A DNA stretch of 64,000 bases, taken from an uncultured Candidatus Actinomarina sp. (lineage in GTDB: Bacteria; Actinomycetota; Acidimicrobiia; Actinomarinales; Actinomarinaceae). Below the pieces are notes generated by a model. It was not told where the DNA came from and made no database searches. It saw only the letters and a list, made by a program, of their open reading frames with translations. The stretch spans positions 26,483 through 90,482 of the forward strand of contig CACHTH010000002.1 in the NCBI GenBank assembly GCA_902582695.1, read 5' to 3'. The translations under genes and the position numbers were made by a program. Shown piece by piece: positions 48,093-58,002 of this stretch (position 1 is the stretch's first letter; every line of letters starts with the position of its first letter).

Positions 48093-48766
48093 GTAATTTA
48101 AAAGATTTAGAAAAGAATATTGGATACAAATTTAAAAATATAACTTTTTTAAAGATTGCTTTAACCCATAAATCATATTTAGATGAGTATCCGGAATTAC
48201 AATCAAATCAAAGGTATGAATTTTTTGGTGATGCAATACTAGATTTTGATCTAACTGAATATTTATTTGAAAATTATCCAGAATTGGACGAAGGAAGTCT
48301 TACCAAAATTAGATCGAGCGCTGTTAATCAGTTTTATCTTGTTGAACTTGGAAAAAAAATAAACATAGGTAAGTATCTTTATTTAGGCTCAGCAGAAGAT
48401 TCAACTGGAGGAAGACATAAAGATTCAATTATTGAAGATGCTCTGGAAGCTTTAATTGCTGCTTTATATTTTGATGGTGGTCTAAAAGCTGTAAATGATT
48501 TTGTTTCAAAATTTATTTATCCAAGCATAAAGGGTCTATCTCAAAATCCTGGACAAAAAGATTACAAAACAAGATTACAAGAATACTTTGCTAAAAAGGG
48601 GTTAAAAGTAATCTATCAAGATAGTTCACATGGTCCTGACCATAATAAAAATTTTTCATCTGAAGTTTTATTAAATGATAAGGTAATTGGTGCTGGAGAT
48701 GGAAAATCTAAAAAAAGTGCTCAACAATCTGCTGCAAAAGATGCTTTAGCAAAGTTAGATGCCTGA
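48089..48766 (+). CDS. rnc: Ribonuclease III
   Basis: 225 aa. RNase III signature ERYEFFGDAILDF, and a C-terminal dsRBD with GDGKSKKSAQQSAAKDALAKL. ATGA overlap with plsX. Confidence 0.85.
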   Translation: MSNLKDLEKNIGYKFKNITFLKIALTHKSYLDEYPELQSNQRYEFFGDAILDFDLTEYLFENYPELDEGSLTKIRSSAVNQFYLVELGKKINIGKYLYLGSAEDSTGGRHKDSIIEDALEALIAALYFDGGLKAVNDFVSKFIYPSIKGLSQNPGQKDYKTRLQEYFAKKGLKVIYQDSSHGPDHNKNFSSEVLLNDKVIGAGDGKSKKSAQQSAAKDALAKLDA

Positions 48767-49562
48767 ATTACCAGAAGTTGAATCTATACGAAGGGTTTTA
48801 AAAAATTCTTTAATAAATCAGAAATTACAAAAATATAAAATATTTGATCAACGAATAAATAGATTTAACACTGTCAATCCTAGAAACTTAGGAGTTTTGC
48901 TTGAGATATATAGAAAAGGAAAGATTTTACAATTTAACTTTAAAAACAATTCTATTTTTTTTCATTTAGGAATGAGTGGAAGATTAGATCTAAATGGTTT
49001 AAAAAATAAACATACACACGGTATATTTTTTTTTGATGAAGACGTTTTGCTTTATGATGATATTCGAAAGTTTGGATATATAAAGATTCTTAAAAATGAT
49101 CTAGCAAATAAACAATTTTCCATTCTAGGTCCAGACGCACTTTCATTGTCAAAACTAGATAAAATCTTTGTAATGAATAAAGCAAAAAAAAGTTCGACGA
49201 GTATTAAAAAATTCTTACTAAATCAAAAAAATATAAGCGGACTTGGAAATATTTATGTCAATGAAATTTTATTTCTTGCTGGCATTCATCCACATTCATT
49301 ATCTTTTAAATTACAAGACACAAATTGGAACGATATATTTTCATATACAAAGAAAGTTTTAAAAAAGGCTATTAAAAATAATGGAACAACCTTAAGTGAT
49401 ATGACTTATGTTTTGCCACAAGGTGTATATGGTAACAACCAAAATAATTTGTATATTTATGCAAAAGATAAGTGTTTTTCATGTTCAAATAAAATTGATA
49501 AGATATTTATAGATTCTAGAGCTACTTATGTGTGTAAAAAATGTCAGAAGATAATAAATTAA
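48759..49562 (+). CDS. mutM: Formamidopyrimidine-DNA glycosylase (Fpg/MutM/Nei family)
   Basis: 267 aa. N-terminal MPELPEV catalytic Pro2/Glu3, an H2TH region, and a C-terminal zinc finger C-x2-C...C-x2-C (CFSC...CKKC). Confidence 0.8.
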   Translation: MPELPEVESIRRVLKNSLINQKLQKYKIFDQRINRFNTVNPRNLGVLLEIYRKGKILQFNFKNNSIFFHLGMSGRLDLNGLKNKHTHGIFFFDEDVLLYDDIRKFGYIKILKNDLANKQFSILGPDALSLSKLDKIFVMNKAKKSSTSIKKFLLNQKNISGLGNIYVNEILFLAGIHPHSLSFKLQDTNWNDIFSYTKKVLKKAIKNNGTTLSDMTYVLPQGVYGNNQNNLYIYAKDKCFSCSNKIDKIFIDSRATYVCKKCQKIIN

Positions 49563-50476
49563 CAGTTAATTTATATAGGGATGGTTCTATAGAGTCTTCT
49601 CATGTAGTAAATCTTTACTCAAACAAAAAACAATATGACGATTATTTTTTTCCTAGGTCTTCAGTCAAACCAATGCAAGTGATTCCTTTATTGCTGGAGG
49701 CAACAAATCAAAATATTGAATTTACTTCTGAAGAGATAGCATTGTTTGCAGCATCACATTCTGGTCAAGTTGAGCATATAGAACTATTAAGAGAAACAGC
49801 AAAAAAATTTAAAGTTGATTTAGATAACATAATTTGTGGGCCACAGCGACCTTTTCATGATGAAACTGCAGATAATTTGCTAATAATAGGTGAGAAATTT
49901 ACTAAGTTGCACAACAATTGTTCTGGCAAGCATTTATCAATGTTGATATTTTCTAAATTATTATCTGTTGATAGCAGTAATTACTATGATTTAATTCATA
50001 AAACCCAAGAAATCACAAAGCAGTACTTTATCGAAATATTTGAAAATGAAGATATTGGATTTGGTATTGATGGATGTGGTCTGCCAGCAATTAATTTAAA
50101 TGTAACAAATTTTTTAAACTCTATAAAATTTATGCAAAAAACTCGAAGTGCTGAATCTTGGAATAAAGTATTTCAAGCTTATTTAGCTCATCCAGAAATA
50201 ATAGGTGGCGAAAATAGAACGGATACAAATATAATAATAAATTCAGAACGAAAACTTTTAGCAAAATCAGGTGCAGAAGGAGTATTGTTTGTTACTGATA
50301 ATAGCGAATCCTTTATATTTAACTGTACAGATGGTAGCAAAAGAGGAGTAGATTTGGCTGCGTCTTACTTTTTATATTCAAATGGCTGGATAAATAAAAA
50401 GCCTTTTGAATATCTTGATAATATATACACATCTAATAGGCAAAATACGCGTGCTGTAGAAATAGAAGTAGTTTAA
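49541..50476 (+). CDS. L-asparaginase II family protein (Rhizobium-type asparaginase)
   Basis: 311 aa. Family blocks HSGQ, NCSGKH, GIDGCGLP, KSGAEGV. It overlaps the mutM 3' end by 22 nt, so its start is uncertain. Confidence 0.7.
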   Translation: MSEDNKLTVNLYRDGSIESSHVVNLYSNKKQYDDYFFPRSSVKPMQVIPLLLEATNQNIEFTSEEIALFAASHSGQVEHIELLRETAKKFKVDLDNIICGPQRPFHDETADNLLIIGEKFTKLHNNCSGKHLSMLIFSKLLSVDSSNYYDLIHKTQEITKQYFIEIFENEDIGFGIDGCGLPAINLNVTNFLNSIKFMQKTRSAESWNKVFQAYLAHPEIIGGENRTDTNIIINSERKLLAKSGAEGVLFVTDNSESFIFNCTDGSKRGVDLAASYFLYSNGWINKKPFEYLDNIYTSNRQNTRAVEIEVV

Positions 50477-50542
50477 AAAAAATTCAAAAATAAGAAATTT
50501 AATCCAATTATTACTAATATATAAGTAACAACAGGGTAATAA

Positions 50543-53188
50543 ATGTATTTAAAATCATTAGATATTAATGGGTTCAAGTCTTTTGCAGAAAAGACAACTA
50601 TTCAATTATCAGACGAAGTAAATGTTATTGTTGGACCTAATGGTTCTGGAAAGTCAAATGTAGTAGATGCAATATCTTGGGTATTGGGAACCCAAAGCCC
50701 CGCCACTCTTAGAACTAACAAGATGGAAGATGTGATATTTGCTGGTACTGAAAAATTATCAGAAAAAGGATTTGCTGAGGTCTATTTAAATTTCGAAGTT
50801 GATGAACAAAAATTTAACGGAAATAGTGAAATTTCCATAGGAAGAAAACTGTTTAGAGATGGTACTTCTGAATACTTTATGAATGGCTTAAATTGCAGAT
50901 TGTTAGATATTCAAGAGTTTTTAAGTGACGTAGGTATAGGTAAACAGCAACATATCATAATTTCACAAGGTCAAATCGCTGAAATATTGAATTCAAAGCC
51001 TGAGGATCACAGATTAACAATTGAAGAAGCTTCAGGAATTTTACCTTTAAGGTCGAAAAAAGAAAAAGCGCTTAAGAGAATTGAATCTGGTGATAAAGAA
51101 ATCAAAAGAGCCAAAGATGTTTTACGTGAGATTAGAAAACAACTAAAGCCTCTACAGGAACAAGCTGAGCAGGCAAGGCTTCATGAAGATGTAACAAATC
51201 AATTAAAAGATAGAAATATAAAACTACATACTTTGCTTTATAGAAAATTTCAAAATGAATATGAAGATTTAAAAATTAAAGAAAATGAACTTTCAAATTC
51301 AATTGATTCTATTGAGTTAAAAGTTGAAAATTTGAAAAAAGAAAAACTTAGAATAAATAATGAACTTGGCGATGGAGTTTCCATTGGCTCTACATTCAAA
51401 GAATATTCTTCAAAAATTAACAATGTTACTGAACAATTAAGATCAATTGCTCAAGTGGCAAATGAAAGAAAAGATAATTTAGAACGTGAAGATTTTAGGA
51501 ATATAGAGCAAATAAATAAAATTTCAAAAAAAATAGATCAAAATTCAGATCAAATAAATATGCTTTCTAATCAGTTGGTGTCTAAACAATATTCTTTAAA
51601 GAATCTTCAATCAACTTATGATGATTTAAAAACTCAACTCGAATCTGTTATTAAGAAGTCTTCTGCATCAAAAGAAGTAAATGAAGCTTTGCTAGAAAAT
51701 GAAATTAAGTCACTACAAAAGAACATATCTGAAACATCACAAGATTTAGGAGTACTAAATCTTGAGCTTAGTAAGTGGGAGAGCGATGTTAAAAATTCAG
51801 AAGACCTTTTACAGAAATTTAATAATGATATTAAAAGCACTGAATTTAATACTTATTCAAAAGATGAATATGTTACTTTTCATCAAAATATCTTGAATAG
51901 GGAATTTAACTCATCAAAAGAAAAAATAGATCAAATAACTTCTAAGAATGAATCTATGGAAAGAGAATTAAGTCAAAAAGAAGTATTGCTTTCTGGAATT
52001 AATCAAAATGAAGAGTTCAAAATTGATATAAATAATCAGAAGATTGATTTAGAAAAACAGATTGAAAATTTAGAAAATCAAATAACCTCAATCTCTAACC
52101 AATTAGTTACTTCTCAAGAAAGAATCAAAAATCTTACGGAACAAAATAATGAATTTATTAATGAAAAAGAAAAAATTTCATCTACTAAAAATGCAACTTC
52201 AAAATCAGATTTACAAAAACTTGTTTCTGAAATAAAAGACTTTATTACATTTACAAATAAAACTAGTAATTTATTAGCTCAAAAATCTGAAGAGTTTGAT
52301 GATAAGTATGGAAATACTAATAAAAAAATTCAGAAAATCGATTCAGAAATTGAACAGTTAAATAAAAATTATTTTGATATAAAAGAGGAAAAAACCGCAG
52401 TAGTAATTAAACTATCTGAAAATCAAGTTTCTACATCATCTCATTTTTCTACATTAAAAAATATTTATGGTTTGAATGACGAAAGTCTTGTTAATGTCCA
52501 AACTGATGGATTGATTCAACATACTTTAGAAAATGAAATAAAAAATTATGAAACTCAATTAGAAAATATCGGTACAGTAAATTATTTAGCTAAAGAAGAT
52601 TTTGAAACCTTAAATTCAAGACATGAAGAAATAACAGGAAACATAGAGGACTTAAATTTAGCCAAAAAAGAATTGAATTCACATATTAAAGAAATTGAAA
52701 ATGAAATATCATTTAGAATTGAGTCTTCATTTAATTCAATTTCAGTACATTTTTCTGAAATATTTGAAACTTTGTTCCCTGGAGGAAAAGGATCTTTGTC
52801 ATTCACAGATAAAGAAAATATTTTAGAAACTGGAATTGATATTTCGGTACAACCTAAAGGCAAAAAGGTTAAGAAATTAAGTTTATTATCTGGTGGGGAA
52901 AGATCTTTAGCTGCAATAGCATTCTTGTTCTCTATATTTAAGTCATTCCCAAGCCCTTTTTATATACTTGATGAAGTTGAAGCTGCACTCGATGATGCTA
53001 ATTTACATAGAATGATTAACTTATTAAAGCATGTAAAGGGAGATGCTCAATATATTATTGTTACACACCAACAGCAGACTATGCATGCTGGTGATGTTTT
53101 ATATGGGGTCACTATGGAGCCAGGCTCTGGATCAAGAGTGTTTACAAAAACTAAAGCAGATTTTGAAGAATTGATAAACAAATCATGA
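50543..53188 (+). CDS. smc: SMC-family chromosome condensation ATPase, short form with no recognisable hinge
   Basis: 881 aa. Canonical SMC head: NGFKSFAEKTTI...IVGPNGSGKSNVVDAISWVLGTQSP...MEDVIFAG at the N-terminus. LSGGERSLAAIAF signature, ILDEVEAALD Walker B and GVTME at the C-terminus. Between them I see only continuous coiled-coil-like sequence, with no Gly-rich globular hinge and no Cys hook. Confidence 0.75.
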   Translation: MYLKSLDINGFKSFAEKTTIQLSDEVNVIVGPNGSGKSNVVDAISWVLGTQSPATLRTNKMEDVIFAGTEKLSEKGFAEVYLNFEVDEQKFNGNSEISIGRKLFRDGTSEYFMNGLNCRLLDIQEFLSDVGIGKQQHIIISQGQIAEILNSKPEDHRLTIEEASGILPLRSKKEKALKRIESGDKEIKRAKDVLREIRKQLKPLQEQAEQARLHEDVTNQLKDRNIKLHTLLYRKFQNEYEDLKIKENELSNSIDSIELKVENLKKEKLRINNELGDGVSIGSTFKEYSSKINNVTEQLRSIAQVANERKDNLEREDFRNIEQINKISKKIDQNSDQINMLSNQLVSKQYSLKNLQSTYDDLKTQLESVIKKSSASKEVNEALLENEIKSLQKNISETSQDLGVLNLELSKWESDVKNSEDLLQKFNNDIKSTEFNTYSKDEYVTFHQNILNREFNSSKEKIDQITSKNESMERELSQKEVLLSGINQNEEFKIDINNQKIDLEKQIENLENQITSISNQLVTSQERIKNLTEQNNEFINEKEKISSTKNATSKSDLQKLVSEIKDFITFTNKTSNLLAQKSEEFDDKYGNTNKKIQKIDSEIEQLNKNYFDIKEEKTAVVIKLSENQVSTSSHFSTLKNIYGLNDESLVNVQTDGLIQHTLENEIKNYETQLENIGTVNYLAKEDFETLNSRHEEITGNIEDLNLAKKELNSHIKEIENEISFRIESSFNSISVHFSEIFETLFPGGKGSLSFTDKENILETGIDISVQPKGKKVKKLSLLSGGERSLAAIAFLFSIFKSFPSPFYILDEVEAALDDANLHRMINLLKHVKGDAQYIIVTHQQQTMHAGDVLYGVTMEPGSGSRVFTKTKADFEELINKS

Positions 53189-53577
53189 ACGATCAAGAAT
53201 TAGCTCAATTAGCTAGAGATACTGCAAAAAAAGCTTATGCACCATATTCAAATTTTAGAGTTGGAGCAGCACTTATTACAGATTCAGGAAATGTATATAC
53301 AGGTTGCAATATAGAAAATGTATCCTATCCAGCAACTGTTTGTGGAGAGGATGTAGCTGTACTCAAAGCCATTTCAGAAGGTGAAACAAAAATTGATATA
53401 TTAGCTGTAGCATGTATTGATGCAGATGAAGAAGCAATATTTCCTTGTGGTGTTTCCAGGCAGCGAATGTCAGAGTTTGGTGTTGAGGATGTAATTGTTG
53501 TTCACAAGGACAGTTTTGAAAAATATAAATTCGACGATGTGCTCCCGTACAATAATAAAATTCAGTTTAAAGATTAA
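53185..53577 (+). CDS. cdd: Cytidine deaminase (homotetrameric CDA type) with variant zinc-ligand motifs
   Basis: 130 aa, colinear with B. subtilis CDA. It has CGED in place of CAER, and PCGVSRQ in place of PCGACRQ, so the second Cys becomes Ser. ATGA overlap with smc. Confidence 0.75.
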   Translation: MNDQELAQLARDTAKKAYAPYSNFRVGAALITDSGNVYTGCNIENVSYPATVCGEDVAVLKAISEGETKIDILAVACIDADEEAIFPCGVSRQRMSEFGVEDVIVVHKDSFEKYKFDDVLPYNNKIQFKD

Positions 53578-54491
53578 ATATTGTCGTTCAATTTAGGTAT
53601 AACACTTAGCGTGTCACCGACTATGCCTAAATCTGCTAATTGAAAAATAGGAGCTTCCTCATCCTTGTTAATAGCTATCACAAATTTTGAATCTTTCATA
53701 CCAACTTGATGCTGAGTTGCTCCAGAAATTCCACATGCAATATATACATCTGGCTTTACAGTTTTTCCTGTTTGTCCTACTTGTTGTGAATAGGGCATCC
53801 AACCAGCGTCAACTATTGCTCTAGTACCACCAATAGCTGCATTCAATTTTGAAGCTAAAGTTTCAATTAATTCTAAATTCTCTTTGTCGACCATGCCTCT
53901 ACCAGCTGATATGACAACTTTAGAATCTTCAAGCTGTGGACCAGATTTTTCTTCAATAAATATATCAAAAACTTCTAAATCGCTACCGTCTAAGTCAATA
54001 GTTTCAAAATCGTCATTAAAATTTACCTCAACAGGATCAAATGCTTTTGGTCTTATTAGTAATAGTGCTTGATCTGAATTAATTTTTGTTTTGTATAAAC
54101 TTTCTCCACCATTTATAGAATTCACGGTAGATACATTTCCTGATGCGACATCAAAATCAATAACATTTGATACTGGACTACTGTTTAAATCTACAGACAA
54201 AAATGAAATTAAATCCCTACACATGTATGTTGAAGATCCAAGAATTAAACTGATTTCCTCATTTTTAATTATTTCAGAAATTTTTGTTGCAGCTTTTGAT
54301 AAATTTAATGAATTGTTTTGCCTTTTGAGATAGGTTTGTTTACAAAGATCAAGACCGATTGATGGATTTTCATCACTACCGACAGTTACAACTTGAACAT
54401 CTAAATCTAAGGACTTTGCTTTGCCTAATATTTCCAAAGTTCCAGAACTTAGGTTGTTGTTTATAATTTCACCAATTATTAAAGTTTTCAT
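53574..54491 (-). CDS. etfA: Electron transfer flavoprotein alpha subunit
   Basis: 305 aa. The C-terminal FAD-binding block PDVYIACGISGATQHQVGMKDSKFVIAINKDEEAPIF is diagnostic of EtfA. Confidence 0.8.
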   Translation of the reverse strand: MKTLIIGEIINNNLSSGTLEILGKAKSLDLDVQVVTVGSDENPSIGLDLCKQTYLKRQNNSLNLSKAATKISEIIKNEEISLILGSSTYMCRDLISFLSVDLNSSPVSNVIDFDVASGNVSTVNSINGGESLYKTKINSDQALLLIRPKAFDPVEVNFNDDFETIDLDGSDLEVFDIFIEEKSGPQLEDSKVVISAGRGMVDKENLELIETLASKLNAAIGGTRAIVDAGWMPYSQQVGQTGKTVKPDVYIACGISGATQHQVGMKDSKFVIAINKDEEAPIFQLADLGIVGDTLSVIPKLNDNI

Positions 54492-55237
54492 ATTACTTTT
54501 AACTCTTTCAATTTGTTTACAATTTCTTGATAGGCTTCACCTTCATCAACAATTTTCTCACCGGATTTAGAATTTTCGACTGTTTCAATATCTATGAATT
54601 CAAGATTCTGAGTTGTGTTGATGGTTAAGTCACTGATTGAAACCTGTTCTATTGGTTTGGACTTAGCTGCCATAATATCTTTAAAGTTTGGGTATCTTGG
54701 TTCAACCCCACCTGCAGTTACAGATATAACACATTTTTCAGGCATATTTAATTTTTCAGAGCCTTCTACAGTCTGTCTAGTTAAAGTAACGTTATCATTA
54801 ATTTCAACTGCTTTTACATATGAAATACATTCTAAGTCAAGATATCTTGAAACTTGCTGTGGAACCGTGCCAGAATAACCATCTGTGGACTCAGTGCCAA
54901 ATATTACAATATCTGCCGACAGAGACTTTGCTAATTCACTAAGAACATTTGCAGTCATTAATGAGTTCGCACCCTTTAAGGATTCGTCATCAACAAATAC
55001 AGCTTTGTCTGCTCCCATTTGAAGTGCTTGTTGGAGACCTTTCTGTGTTCCAGATGGTCCCATTGAAATTATTGTGACTTCTGCATCAAATTTTTCTTTT
55101 AACTGGAGAGCAACTTCAATTCCATATCTGTCGGTATCATCTAAGACTTGTTCTTCAGGTCTTTCAATTGTTCCATTACTGTATGTAACTTCATTTGCTG
55201 GATCAGGAATTTGTTTAGCACAAACTGCAATTTTCAT
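54488..55237 (-). CDS. etfB: Electron transfer flavoprotein beta subunit
   Basis: 249 aa. MKIAVCAKQIPDP start, and the VDRYGIEVALQLKE region are typical of EtfB. ATGA overlap with etfA. Confidence 0.8.
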   Translation of the reverse strand: MKIAVCAKQIPDPANEVTYSNGTIERPEEQVLDDTDRYGIEVALQLKEKFDAEVTIISMGPSGTQKGLQQALQMGADKAVFVDDESLKGANSLMTANVLSELAKSLSADIVIFGTESTDGYSGTVPQQVSRYLDLECISYVKAVEINDNVTLTRQTVEGSEKLNMPEKCVISVTAGGVEPRYPNFKDIMAAKSKPIEQVSISDLTINTTQNLEFIDIETVENSKSGEKIVDEGEAYQEIVNKLKELKVI

Positions 55238-55259
55238 ATCTATATATTAATTTATGTTT

Positions 55260-56084
55260 TTAATTATCTGAATTTAATTCAGATAAAAATTCCTTCATAA
55301 ACCCTTGTAGTTTTTGTTTTGACTTATCAGCAATTTCAACAACTTCTTCATGGTTTAGTGGATCTTTACTTATTCCTGCTGCAAGATTTGTAACTAGAGA
55401 AAAGGCACTGATTTCCATACCAGCGTGTTTGGCAACTATTGCTTCTGGAACAGTAGACATCCCAACTAAGTCAGCTCCAATATTTTTTGCATATTGAACT
55501 TCTGCGGGCGTTTCGTACGATGGTCCCGTGAACCATGCATAGATACCTGTCTTAAATTCAAAATGATTTTCTGATACCTTTTCGGCAAGTTTTAAGAAAT
55601 TACTACTATAAACTTCAGACATATCTGGAAATCTTGGACCAAACGTATCAAGGTTCTTGCCAATTAATGGATTATCTCCGGTTAAATTTATATGGTCCGT
55701 GATTGAAATTATATCTCCCGGAACATAATTATCTGATATACCACCAGCTGCATTTGTTAGTACAAGGTTTTTTACACCAAGCAATGAAAAAGCTCTAATG
55801 GGAATTACGAGGTCTTGGATAGGGTATCCTTCATAATAATGTGCCCTTCCTGACAAAATTGCAGTTAATTTATTATTAATGGACACTAAAGACAATTTAC
55901 CGGCATGTCCTTCAATTGATGGAGTTAAAAAATTAGGAATATCTGAGTAATCTACTTGGCTTAATGGTTCATAGTTATCCTCAAAGCCCCCCATTCCCGA
56001 ACCTAAAACAATCATCGTATCTATGTTTTTATTATTGGTAAAAGAATTTATAAAGTCTTTAGCCTCGTTTATTTTTTCAATCAT
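55260..56084 (-). CDS. Purine nucleoside phosphorylase (PNP family 1, trimeric PunA/DeoD-II type)
   Basis: 274 aa. GSGMGG phosphate loop, HAGKLSLV, and VGMSTVPEAIVA match the PNP/MTAP family. Confidence 0.85.
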   Translation of the reverse strand: MIEKINEAKDFINSFTNNKNIDTMIVLGSGMGGFEDNYEPLSQVDYSDIPNFLTPSIEGHAGKLSLVSINNKLTAILSGRAHYYEGYPIQDLVIPIRAFSLLGVKNLVLTNAAGGISDNYVPGDIISITDHINLTGDNPLIGKNLDTFGPRFPDMSEVYSSNFLKLAEKVSENHFEFKTGIYAWFTGPSYETPAEVQYAKNIGADLVGMSTVPEAIVAKHAGMEISAFSLVTNLAAGISKDPLNHEEVVEIADKSKQKLQGFMKEFLSELNSDN

Positions 56085-56103
56085 ATGTTTACAGATTAAT
56101 AAT

Positions 56104-57255
56104 CTATATTTGATTTAAAAAGCTTTTACCTGGGAATATATTTTCTAAATTAAAAAATTCTGACACAGTAGAGGCTATATTTGCAAAGCTTTCAACATCG
56201 CCAATATAATTTGCTTTACCGTTATTTTTATATGCAACAAACGGAACATATTCCCTTGAGTGATCAGTTTTTCCATCTGTTGGGTCTGTGCCGTGATCTC
56301 CAGTTAAAATAAGTAAATCATTTTCGTTTAATAGTTCAATAACTTTTCCTATACCTTTATCTATTATTTGTAAACCTTTGTAGTAACCATCAGGGTCTTC
56401 TCTGTGACCATACAACATATCTAGATCTACTAAATTAACAAAAGTAAAATCACTATCTCCGGACTCAACTTCTTTTAACAAACAGTCAATACCATTTTGA
56501 TCGCCTTCAGTATGGACATAACTATTAAGAAATTCAATACCAAACAAATCAGAAATCTTCCCTATTCCATAAGTTTTTAAATTATTTTTTGATGCATAAC
56601 TAAGAATTGTTTCTCCAGGTGGATTCATTCCATAATCTTTCCTATCATAAGTTCTTTCAAAAGCGTTGACAGGACCTCTAAATGGTCGAGCAATTACTCT
56701 ACCTATGTTGTACTGATTACAGTGTTTTCTAGAAATCTCACAAATTCTATAAAGCTCTTCAAGACTGCATACATCTTCATGAGCAGCTATTTGAAAAACT
56801 GAGTCACCAGATGTGTATAAAATTAGTTCTTTTGTTTGCATATGTTGTTCACCAAGGTCCTTTATAATTTCAGTACCTGAAGCATGAATATTCCCAATAA
56901 ATTTATAATTAATTTCATCTTCAATCTTGCTTATAAGTTCATGAGGAAATCCATCTGGAAATGTTTCAAATTCCTTTGTTGTTATTAAACCTGCAATTTC
57001 CCAATGTCCTGTGGTTGAGTCGTTTCCTATAGATACTTCAGAAAGCCTACCAACAGTTGCTGCATGCTCAGTGCCTAGTCCTAAAACATTAGTAATCTTT
57101 CCAAAACCTAATTTATCAAAAGTGGGTAAATCAACACCTTGAACATGTTTTGCGACATTACCAAGTGTATTTACACCTTTGTCTCCATATTGTTTTGCAT
57201 CAGGTGCTTCACCAACACCTAAAGAATCTATTACAACAAGAAAACATCTTTTCAT
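56104..57255 (-). CDS. deoB: Phosphopentomutase
   Basis: Start set at the internal Met MKRCFLVVIDSLGVGEAPDA, which is the canonical DeoB N-terminus. Its ATG shares one nucleotide with the upp stop (TAATG at 57253-57257). The track's longer ORF would overlap upp by 58 nt. Confidence 0.85.
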   Translation of the reverse strand: MKRCFLVVIDSLGVGEAPDAKQYGDKGVNTLGNVAKHVQGVDLPTFDKLGFGKITNVLGLGTEHAATVGRLSEVSIGNDSTTGHWEIAGLITTKEFETFPDGFPHELISKIEDEINYKFIGNIHASGTEIIKDLGEQHMQTKELILYTSGDSVFQIAAHEDVCSLEELYRICEISRKHCNQYNIGRVIARPFRGPVNAFERTYDRKDYGMNPPGETILSYASKNNLKTYGIGKISDLFGIEFLNSYVHTEGDQNGIDCLLKEVESGDSDFTFVNLVDLDMLYGHREDPDGYYKGLQIIDKGIGKVIELLNENDLLILTGDHGTDPTDGKTDHSREYVPFVAYKNNGKANYIGDVESFANIASTVSEFFNLENIFPGKSFLNQI

Positions 57256-57878
57256 TAGGTTGTTCCGAAAAGCCTGTCTCCCATATCGCCTAGTCCAGGA
57301 ACTATGTACCAATTCTCATTAAGTTTTTCATCTATTTTTGCAGTTACTAAAGTAATGTCACTGTGTTCCTTTTTCAATCTTTCAATACCTTCCGGAGCAG
57401 AAATTACTGTTAAAGCAATTATGCTTTTAGGATTGTTTTCTTTGACCTTGTCTATTGCAAATGAAAGAGAACCACCAGTAGCAAGCATAGGTTCTAGAAT
57501 AAAAACATTTTTATTTTCTAAGTTTGGTAAATTCTCGTAATAATACTCAGGAGTAGCTGTCTCTTCATTTCTTTGAACTCCGATGTATCCAAATGAAGTA
57601 CTAGGTAGTAGGTTCTTGACACCATCAACAAGACCTAAACCTGCTCTTAAAACTGCAATAGCAACATTCTCATTTTCAATTTCTAAACCATCAATACTGG
57701 TTAAAGGAGTCTCTATAGGTTTTACTTTTGTTGATATGTTTTTTGTACCTTCAATAAAAAGCAGATATGACAATTTAGAGGAGTATTCTCTAAAATTTTC
57801 GAAATCTGTTTCCTTGTCTCGAATTATTGTTAGATAGTGATCTTTTAAAGGATGTGAAATTTCAATTACTTGCATCAA
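57255..57878 (-). CDS. upp: Uracil phosphoribosyltransferase
   Basis: 207 aa. The PRPP-binding loop VFILEPMLATGGS, and the C-terminal YIVPGLGDMGDRLFGT, are diagnostic of UPRTase. Confidence 0.85.
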   Translation of the reverse strand: MMQVIEISHPLKDHYLTIIRDKETDFENFREYSSKLSYLLFIEGTKNISTKVKPIETPLTSIDGLEIENENVAIAVLRAGLGLVDGVKNLLPSTSFGYIGVQRNEETATPEYYYENLPNLENKNVFILEPMLATGGSLSFAIDKVKENNPKSIIALTVISAPEGIERLKKEHSDITLVTAKIDEKLNENWYIVPGLGDMGDRLFGTT

Positions 57879-58002
57879 AATTAGGTTAGCAAAACATTAA
57901 ATCTTTTCTAGTTATTTTTATGAAGAAGTTAATCTATTTTATGTACATTTTATGTCTCACTTCATGTAAGATAATGTATTGCAATTTAAATAAAGGAAAT
58001 TA

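Noticed and set aside
57304-57837. Plus-strand ORFs of 78 aa and 84 aa inside upp
   Set aside because: They are antisense to a gene with diagnostic UPRTase motifs and have no features of their own.
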